From Amoeboaphelidium protococcarum X5 (Eukaryota; Fungi; Aphelidiomycota), in contig JALDTO010000155.1 of NCBI GenBank assembly GCA_023515725.1, forward strand, positions 1,088,984 to 1,152,983: a DNA stretch of 64,000 nucleotides, read 5' to 3'. Each line of letters opens with the position of its first letter. Position 1 is the stretch's first letter. Both the position numbers and the translations under genes were made by a program. The notes under the pieces were generated by a model, which searched no databases, was not told the DNA's origin, and was given only the letters and a program-made list of their open reading frames with translations. Below, in pieces: positions 54,860 through 64,000 of the stretch.

Positions 54860-56720
54860 TCATTCCTCCTTATTGACGCGTCTCTTACGAGGCTTATCTT
54901 CATTCTCCTATGCCTCGTCCTCCTCTGCTTCTCCATCAGCATGATGTCCGTTTACGACGGCAGCGCTAGCTTTACTCTTGGCATCCTTCGCCACTTTCTT
55001 CACTTTAGATCCGCTGAAGGCCATGAGCAGATACAACGGAGTAAGTACAACTGCCAACACAGTACCGGCGACATACGGAAATTTCTAGACGGCCTTGACA
55101 GGATCAACCATGAGCGCATCCATAAATTGGGTCAACATACGCTACACCTTCTTGTACGAGAGCTTGCCAGACTTCTTACCCTTCTTCTTGTTCTTCTTTG
55201 GTTTCAATGGATCAGTAGGTTGAGCAACTTCTTCCTCTTCCTCCTCGGACTCATCGTCCTCCTCTTTAGCCATAGCGTCTTCAGCGGCCTTTCTAGCAGC
55301 AGCTTCTTCTGCATCCTCAAGATCACGCTTCACCTTCCAAGTCTCCTCGGCAAACTTCTTGGCATCCTCAACAGAATGACCAACGTAGAAGTTGTCAAAC
55401 TGAACATCCTTCTGCATAACCCAATTCTCGATACCAATGCCCATGATTCTGTTAAACTTACTTGGAGTCAAATCCTCAAAATATTCAGGATTAGGAATCT
55501 TTGGAGCTTCCCAAGGTCCTTTATACGCTGGATTGTCAATCAAAGGAGCATACCATTTACCCTTGTACTTTGGATTAGGCTTCATTGGCGGAGTCCACTT
55601 GCCACAGCCACTAGCAGATGAACAAGCTGGATTAGCGATTTGAGGAGCGACCCATTTACCATCCTCTTCATCGTCCCAATCCTCAGGCTTCTCAGCAGCT
55701 GGATCAGCGATATATTCCGGCTCATCTTCCAGCCAGTCATCGGGCTTAACTGCATCATCATCTGGAACCATTCTAGGCGCATCTTCATCCCAGTCTGCTG
55801 GCTTCTTGGCATCAGGATCTGGAATCTTTGGCTCTTCAACCCAATCTTCAGGCTTCTTGGCTTTAGGATCGTTCAGCTCCTTTGGTGGATTCACAGCAGG
55901 ATCAAAATCTTCCAGCAGATTACCCGTCTTCTCACGCTCCTAATTGATATAAATGTGGAAGGTGTTGTTTGGATGAACAATCAGGGTGTACAAGTTGGAC
56001 TTTAGATCATTCTTGATTGAAGGTGGATGCATAAAGTGCTTCTCCTAAAACTTTCCATTCAGCGGGTTCTTATGACGGAAGATGAAGTGCACCTTGTTGG
56101 TAGAGCCACACATGTCAGGACCAAACATGATGGTGTACGGAGTCTTGTCATCGAATTCGTGGTACTTGATTCCAGCCTTAGACTCAGTCAGCAGTTTGAT
56201 GTACGCGCCGGTGCAACGCAACTCCTGGCCGAACTTGACTTCATACTAAACCACCAGATCCTTGTTCTCTGGATCAACAGGCTTTGGAAATGCGACACTG
56301 ATGGCGTGGTGAGCACCTTCAGTCTTCATGAAAAGGGCGCGATCACCAGGCAGAGCGCCTTTCGCAATCTTGTCCACCTTCCATTCACCGCGGTATCTAA
56401 ACAATTCTTCAGGATTGTCATCATCATTCAACTTGTAATCTTCAGGCATTTGCTTTACAGCACCAGAAGACTTCCAGCGACGATCCCAATTCTCATCGAA
56501 TTGTTCAATAAAAGGCGCCTTGATGTTAGTAGGCTACACACCCCAAAAATACTGATGACGGTCGCGATGAGAGTAAATATACACGAGAGTATATAGCAAA
56601 GCTTACCGTCCACTTCTAGGAACTATCCTTAGACTAATCATCATCAGACTTTGAAGAAGATTTCGCATCACAGACCAATGCTGCCACAGTCAAAGTTGCT
56701 AACAACGCTATAGACTTCAT
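54860..56720 (-). CDS. CNE1: Calnexin (one 5' intron)
   Basis: Signal peptide, [19 protein letters not shown]-domain repeats ([11 protein letters not shown]), TM helix and charged tail. Confidence 0.96.
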
Positions 56721-56993
56721 ATAATAGCTCGTACAATTGTCTTTTCCCGTTCGCTCGAGTGCGTCAAATTTCGCGAAAGAGAGACGGCCGATCGATCGTT
56801 CGTTGAGTAAAAGTGACTGCTCGATCAGAACGACGTAACGTTGTCACTATGGCGAAGAGAGAATGCAAGAGAAATCAGGAGAACTGCCTGACGCCACACA
56901 ACAAGCAATACTTGTTGTAAGAAGTAGGAAGTATTCGCAATTTTAGATCTATATATTGTTCATTTAAAATCATCATTATCGTTACCGAGAGAA

Positions 56994-58202
56994 TCACTAA
57001 TTAGAGTCATTCCAGAGAACCATGGACCAGAAGGAGATCCCAATAGTTGATCCCGCTGCCAAGATCAACAACACGGGATAATACTTAAAGTGGCTACTTT
57101 GCTTTTGATTTTAACTTTGTTCATTTTTTTATCGTGATAAAGCCTCAAGTTCAACTTCCGATTTCTGATGATTACTACTACTATTCCCAGATTTCTACGG
57201 CACGCCAGTTGCATACATATAAGTCGCGATGATGACAATCATACCGGACAACCAGGTGATCAGCGTAGAGTGCAGACCAAAAAATATGCTACTTATGACC
57301 ATCAAGAGAACAGCCGTGATGGAGGATGCAAATGTTTTCACTAAAGCGTCTCCATATTTATACACCAGAGTGATCACGATTCCAATAATGGAATTACAAA
57401 ACACCACCAGCCATGCCCCGCCCGTATAACCAGTGAAGAACGAGGGCCAGCCTTTATATGCGTCTTGTATATAGAAACAGAAATTAAGCAACACCCCGAA
57501 GCCGTACATGATGGCATTAAAGCTGTTCAGGGAGATGGGAACATTTTTCAACAGGAAATCGTTCCATACAGAGCTTATAGTGGTGATTGATACTGCCATG
57601 CAGAGAGCGAGGTAGAGATAGGGAGCGTGTAGCGGCTTACCAACGCAAGGATCCCATTGGAACATGACAAGACCAAGACACTGGAATATTATTGCAAACC
57701 ATTACGTTCGATAGATGGGGCGACTCAGGAGGAAGAACATCAGAATAGCAGTTGAGAAAGATGATACTGATTTGAATAATGAAATGGTGGCAGGATCTAC
57801 CAATTTGAATAGGTAGAATGAGAGATTATTATTGAGCGCATAAAGAGCAGCCAATCCAAAGATTTTGCCCAGCAATTGAAGAGGACGATCTTTCTAGTGC
57901 TGATGATCAGACTCTTCTGTAGTAGGTAAAACACTATGCGCACCCCGATGTTATTTAATAGATTATGATATACTTCTCCAACTAAAAATTCTTTTTAGAT
58001 TCTAAAAATCAGATTCCTTGTCAAATATCCGGATTGATACAATGCTTATGCACATCTTGATCAGTTCCGACATTGTCAGAGATGAGGCGGTGCTAAATGG
58101 ATAGCTGCCAGAAGTCTAAGCCACTTTGTACACTACATTGATACTTGTATGGACCAGGACAAGAGCGATCGCTGATGCATAAGTTCTATAAAGTTAGCTC
58201 AT
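56994..58202 (-). CDS. Nucleotide-sugar transporter (SLC35A/CMP-sialic acid transporter-like)
   Basis: SELIK, LYALNNNL, DPATISLFK, KYGDALVKTFA; multiple TM helices. Confidence 0.88.
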
Positions 58203-58265
58203 TGTTATTATTGGCTTTTAAATGGACGATGATCTAATTGTTTGCCCGAAACAATACAACAATTA

Positions 58266-58604
58266 CCGTATTTCCGAAATGAAAGGCCCCCCGACGATCA
58301 CGCAAACAATGGCGAGGGGGGCCTTGCGCGCATACATAGCTTTTTTAAAAATAACAATTAAGCAATAAAAATCACATATTATTTTTTATTGTAATTTTAA
58401 ATATTAAAAACTTTTTTATTTGAAGATGAGAAGTCAATTTTTCGATGAGCAGTTAATTGGGCTATCAAGCCGCCAGTCGTCCATTGTTTCGCTGCTTTGT
58501 ACTAATAAACGCTGTGAAGCGATTGCAAAAAGGTGCACAACAAACAATGACTTTTCTCGGGCGATCGCTTTTTCCGAGGGGGGCCTTTCATTTCGGAAAT
58601 ACGG
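58266..58604. mobile_element. 339-bp MITE, pogo/Tc2-like, with TA target-site duplication
   Basis: Perfect 27-bp TIRs CCGTATTTCCGAAATGAAAGGCCCCCC (58266-58292 and 58578-58604), TA on both sides, no coding capacity. Confidence 0.92.
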
Positions 58605-59289
58605 TAATGGAGATCGTCAAGCTTAATCAGGAAGGACGTTAGATCATGCCATTATATAAATCTTATCACCCGTGTGCATCAAACTAACGCGAGAATTTAA
58701 GACCAATAGCTATATTTAAGGTCCGAGTTGTAGAAAACTTTATGCTAACGCCATCTGTAATTGACATGTGTTCTGCCGATGAACGTTTAAGTAGCCTTAG
58801 CAAGCATGATTTTATCAAAGAGTGAGATTTTAAGAGTCCAAATATTTAGACTCAGGCAGATCAAATGGTACTCAATTAGCTTGCAATTCCTGGCACCACT
58901 TTTGGAGAACACAGTAAGGTGCACCTTTAAGGTATCTGGAAATGAATAATGTCTAAACAAAATTCGTGGAACGAAACTGTTAAATGTATTGACGGTTTCT
59001 CAGATTATGAAGATTGAGTCGTTTGTCAGCGGCTGATCAAGGGGTCCGCCTCTGCTGACACGGTTCTTCTGACAAGTAGTTTTTAGGATTTGAATAGTGA
59101 ATTTTGAGTAATTGAATATAATCTTATCTGGAAATAGTGTTTTCTATGCTTGACAAAGAGGTCCATTGGAACGGTGGTTCCCGTGTCTCTGCCAGTACTA
59201 ATTGTACGGGCAGCCCACGTAACAGAAACAGCGCACGGCCTGTTGACTACGAACAACAATCATATCTGATTGAGTTCTAAAGATGGATA

Positions 59290-59870
59290 ACACTAGGCTA
59301 ATTCCAAGGCTCTTGGTTTGATTAAAGGTTCGCTCTATCACGCCTGAAGTGCTGGCCAATGTTGGGAAAGGTAGCTCCGCGTACGAAGCACTTGAGGCTA
59401 TCGACGAGTACTCTAATATGAAGGCCCCCAGTAATGCGACTAATATTGATTCCAAAATAAGAAATGAAATCTGTGTTAAGAAATACGCTTCAGCTATGCA
59501 TTTTGTCACGAAAATGGAAAAGTGGTTTGAGGACCTTGAGGATACGGCTTCCAGCTGGGGATGGTAAACTCCTGCGTTCCTCGTAGACTTTAGAACTGCT
59601 GCATGTTGATCTCATTGGTCCTAGAAGAGTTATGTCTATTTCTCACTAGCGCTATGTCTTGGTGGCTTAAGATTATTATTCTGGGTATATTGCGGTACGT
59701 CTGCTTGAAGCTAAACAAGAAGCTTCCGCGGAACTTCGTCGCATTTGTCAGCAATTTGCAAGATAAATCTGTCAAGACTATCCGATGTAATTGTGGGCGT
59801 GAATTCTTATACTTAGTTATCATTAACTGGTGTGCTGATTTAGGTATATAGATCAAAGTGACTCGCGGAG
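59290..59870 (+). mobile_element. Decayed Ty1/copia fragment (gag-like + integrase core)
   Basis: LELLHVDLIGP...RYVLVAQDYYSGYIAVRLLEAKQEA, then a frameshift to VKTIRCNCGREF...WCADLGI (degenerate RSDNGGEF). Confidence 0.75.
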
Positions 59871-60480
59871 GGCCCAAACATCGATTGGAGATTAAATCGA
59901 GTACACAGCAATTGGACTGGTTCAGTTTACGTTGATTGCGATAAAGTTAAAATATCAGAACAAGATATCGCTATGAACAACGTCAATTATCGCGTGATTA
60001 GTCATGAGGGCGGTTTTGTTCCTCAGATGCATCTGTAAGCTGGCAAGTATGTATGTACGTCAGAGGTGTGAGATCACTGACTCAAGTGTGAGCTGTTGTT
60101 GTGCATAAAAGGATGGTTTGGCGTGTAAATCTTCTATTCTGGAGAGAGAATTGTGATCGTTAGTATTGTAGACTCTACTGTAAATGGTAAAAAACTTTTT
60201 ATGAGTGGAATGCTAGCTGAGGTCTCAGGACAAAGACCGTTTTGATGTTTACATAGGAGACTTCTTCTGCCAAGATGAGGGCATCAATAACAATATTGTG
60301 TAAGAGACTTTATTCGCATGGTAAAAATGAAGATAAGACCAAGAGATAGGATAAGGCTGAAAAGCATATCCGCAAAGTTCTCAAGGGTCGCAAGATTAAA
60401 CGCGTCGACAGGCATGTGCTGAAAGATATGGTTAAGCGTCGCTTGCAATTCGCTAGTGATGACATCAAGTTATACTACGT

Positions 60481-60575
60481 ACTAGGAGTCAAATGAAATC
60501 ATTCAAAATCCCAAGTAACTTTGGAGCGCGCTTGCCAAGCCGCATAATTTGAAAATCTACCAAGCATTTGAGCTC
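60481..60575 (-). ncRNA. Candidate Fanzor omegaRNA scaffold
   Basis: Nested stems directly 3' of the Fanzor stop codon: outer GAG(c)TCAAATG/CATTTGACTC, inner TTCAAA/TTTGAA, and two hairpins. Confidence 0.55.
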
Positions 60576-63500
60576 ATTCTGATTCTTGAGATCGACTTTG
60601 ATTCTTGCTGCACAGATATTTTGGTCGAGGCTCATCGCATATCAGACATATAAGGACCTGTGTAAGATTTTCAGCTGCCATGATATCTCGATGATAAAAC
60701 TTGTGGCACTTTCTACAGTACTTGATTCTCATTCCAAAGCTCTCACAAACACAGCCACAACATGGCGCCTTCTAAGAAGTGAGGTACTCATTCAAAAAGA
60801 CAACAGGATAGCCTAGAGACTTCACCTTCTGTACAAAGTGGCGCTAAAATGACAGATGAATAGTCTGCTTACTGTCAAATTGAGCATTTCCAATACCAAA
60901 CACCACTCGGCCGTTTGACTTCTAAAACACGCTAGCATCAACCATTTTTAGAATAGCATTGGTAGCTCTATCAAACTCTGCTCTTTATGCCTTTTTAAAG
61001 TCCCAATGTCTCTTTTGCCGTATTTCAGATGAATAATATGACCTTAACTGCTAATAGATATCAATGTACCTTTCCCAATAGCATTCCATTGACTCTTCTT
61101 CTCCGCGATACATAGACCGTTCTAACTGAGTAATATTAGATGGCCTACCTTGGTGATACTTTCTAAACTTACGTCCAGGCTCATTGACTGCAGAAGATTT
61201 CAAAGCTAATGCTCTAATTATGCGCGATTCTCCTTGCCCTTTGACAGCTACAACTCCAGCAGTGTATCTTTCGCCAATGTCGAGACAGCAAATCCAGTAT
61301 TCAGAGAGTTTATCCGGCTAAACTTTAACAGTGTCAGACACCTGCATTGTAACTTTACTCAGTCTTTTTCTCTAAGCAGCCTCTAGCAAGCCTTCACTTT
61401 AACTTCCAGCAAGACGTCTCACCTACTACTTACGTCTGATATCAATCAAGTGAACTTTTAAAACTTTACCGTTAGTTATGAAAGTGTTAGATAGTATTTT
61501 ACGCGTAGTATCACATGCTTCTGGCATATACTGACTGAGCAGTCGCAATCCCTTCTTCAATTTAATACCATAGCATTCTCGTAATGTATGACCTTTCTAC
61601 TTTACCAACCCACCTTCACTATAATAACATTGCAGATCTCGAAGAAGCTCTTGTTTGCGCTCTTACTCCATCTATGGATTATTAATAATTGAACTCTAAA
61701 GTAGCATCATCATTGAATTTTCGGTAAACGTAACATAACAATCTTGCGGAGATGACAAAGGATACCCATATTGACGTTCCTTGGGAAGCAGGTCGTTCAA
61801 AGACTAAAACTTTTAAAACACAGAAGGCATCTTGTCAATTTCCTCAATTCTACTGCGTAACTCAGGATCATGCTCCAGTACTTGTGCAGCCAACAGTTCG
61901 ACTCTGCCAATTACTTGAGACGCAAACTCAGAATCTAACTAAATAGCAAGCTAGTCCACAATTTACGTAATGTTTAAAGTGCGATCAAATTTTCTCTCCA
62001 AACCATTCATGATATTCATCTACTATCCAAGCAATTGCCCAAATTTGAGAACAGCGGCACCTTTTTGGCTTGCATTAGATCTGCCATTACGTAAAAATCT
62101 AATCACGCCTTACCAAAACTTCCTACCTCCCTATCCCGGAGTGTCAGAGTAGCAAATATCATCTAATAAGGAAATTTCATCAGGATATTACTCCAAAATA
62201 ATGCCAATAAACCATTGCACACCTAATTAAGCCATTCTTTTTAGAAGATTAATGTCTCTCACCACTGTCTGAATTGTAGCGACCAATTACTTTTACAACT
62301 ACTACGACAAAGAACCCTTACTGAGGCATTTTCTCAACGATCCAACCTCCAGAGTAGACATAGAATGAGCACTTTTCAACTTTTTCATTAGCAAGGTCTC
62401 TTCAGTATTAATTCTCTTCTAACCACTTGAACGCGCATCACATTTATCGCGAGTTACAGAGCTGCTAGCACGATAGTTGCCACGTCTCGCTGTCTGGGAG
62501 GACTAAACACGTCTCTTTTTACGCGGAGCTACCTCGATATCGTCAGATTAAGTAGTATCATCACTCTCCTCCTAGCGTTCTTCATGACTTTCAATATCAC
62601 GGATGAACTTTGGTATCTACTTCTTTGGCTGAGGTATTTCCGATTTAGACTTGCGATTCCATTCAACCTCCTGGAACATATATCGCCCACCGCTTTATAC
62701 AGACGTACCACTTTATCGATCATCAACAAACTCCTTCTTATAAAGAGGCAGAAATCTATTGTAGCCTTTCCACCTTTCTTGAAGAGATAAATAAGACACC
62801 TCTTCACGATACTTTCCAACTTGACGGCTTTAGATTTTCCACTCTTAGTAAGCATCCAATTTTACAGATTTCAGCTAAAGGACGCTTTCATGCCACTTGG
62901 AATAAAGATTCAGTAAGGCATAAACTTCGTGATACTGACGATGAGCAGCTGTCAATGAGCTAGCAGATATTTCACGTCGAATCCATTCCAATGTACCCAT
63001 AGAGACGAAAACTTCATCCTCCACAGGCTTGAACAGATTATCAAGTGAATTCTTTTTATAGTTCGGATCCCCCTCTAGGGACTGAACAATGAGACTCTCT
63101 TGATTAGAGTCGAACACACGCAAGGCCTGACAGAATATGGGACCAACTTCCATTACACTCTGATACTAACTAACGATACTCTTAACATCTGAATGACCCG
63201 CTCCCATCAGCTTACGAATGATTTTCAAATTGCGCCCAAAACCGAATCCTTTTACATTGTCAGAGTAATCGTTACCTGATACTACTGCGAGCGCAACCCA
63301 GGCAGAATTTGTCAGATTCAATTTATCGCAGACCATTTTCCTATCCAGTACAAAAAATTTCAATAATCCGCAGTCAAATGTTGGCTTTGCAGCTACCAAG
63401 ACATTCTTATGCATGAACAGATCAGAATCAAAGCTAACTGCGACGACTGGATCTTTACACTTGGCAATGTGAACATCTGCCTCTCCAAACGCAACTTCGA

Positions 63501-63999
63501 CATTGTAGCCCGCTTTAATCAGCTCCTACTATAAATTTGACGCGTCATCAGCCTTAAAATGCCAAGTAGAGCGCTCAAGCTTTCCAATCATGCACCACTT
63601 TGCTTTACTCACTTTCTTATCAACCGGCAGATTTTCCAAACAATTACGCAGTTTCAGAATTTGTTTCAGTCTGGCATTGACGCGTTTGAGAGAAGTCTGA
63701 GATTTCTCGCAAGTCTGCTCTCCTTCAAACACCAATGTGACAATGTCTTTTATCGGCCTTGCCTCACCTTAAACCATCACCATTTAATTAAGAGGAAGCG
63801 CTGTCTTTACGAGATGGATGCTAGCCTCGAGAGGATTCTTGCTGCGATTGTAAATCCTGCGCAGATGGCGATAGAATGTACCATTGAAGTCTACCATAAT
63901 CTTGAACTGTGATCCTAAAGCTGGGGTGGCCATTTAACACACTCTTTATATATCAACTGCTCTTTGATTGCTAAAGAGGTTCAGCCTTCTTAATTGACG
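60574..63999 (-). CDS. FEN1/XPG-type PIN nuclease fused to Fanzor1/TnpB-like RuvC nuclease (frame open to window edge; first in-window ATG 63933)
   Basis: Single TGA-free frame. PIN motifs: VDFNG, VFEG, GEAD, DSD, SGNDY. Fanzor motifs: FITNG, CLDIGE, VVFGIGNAQF, NEYLTSQK, CRKC, HRDIMAAEN, RPKYL. Confidence 0.88.
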
Positions 64000-64000
64000 A

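Noticed and set aside
54806-56596. Long plus-strand ORFs (271, 121 and 189 aa), and similar ones at 27085-28986 and 46274-46825
   Set aside because: These are antisense shadows of calnexin, the RasGEF and LPD1.

Overview
Gene-dense eukaryotic DNA with short GT-AG introns that uses a non-standard nuclear code: TAA and TAG encode Gln and TGA is the only stop (translation table 6). The supplied standard-code ORF track therefore cuts almost every gene into fragments. The code and the fungal/animal-like gene content suggest an aphelid such as Amoeboaphelidium protococcarum; this is inference, not verified. Re-read with UAR=Gln, positions 0.6-58.2 kb hold about 38 mostly housekeeping genes. These include PP2A-C, calcipressin, ADE8, RPL38 with an intronic C/D snoRNA, RAD51, RMC1, ZNF207, ATP3, SEC18, NAF1, UBA2, a RasGEF, BLOC1S1, ATG16L, RRP42, importin-alpha, LPD1, MCM10, GPN1 and calnexin. 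An effector-like island lies at 41-45 kb. The last ~6 kb is mobile DNA: a pogo/Tc2-like MITE, a decayed Ty1/copia fragment and the top finding. That finding is one uninterrupted minus-strand ORF of >1,140 codons (60574 to beyond the window end) fusing a FEN1/XPG-type PIN nuclease to a Fanzor1/TnpB-type RuvC nuclease with D-E-D intact, followed by a ~90-nt nested stem-loop that is a candidate omegaRNA. Also notable are an in-frame TGA in the readthrough context TGA-CTAG inside a DHHC palmitoyltransferase and a membrane-anchored divergent formin with tandem TQT motifs. All translations and coordinates were done by hand; family calls rest on recognised motifs, not database searches.
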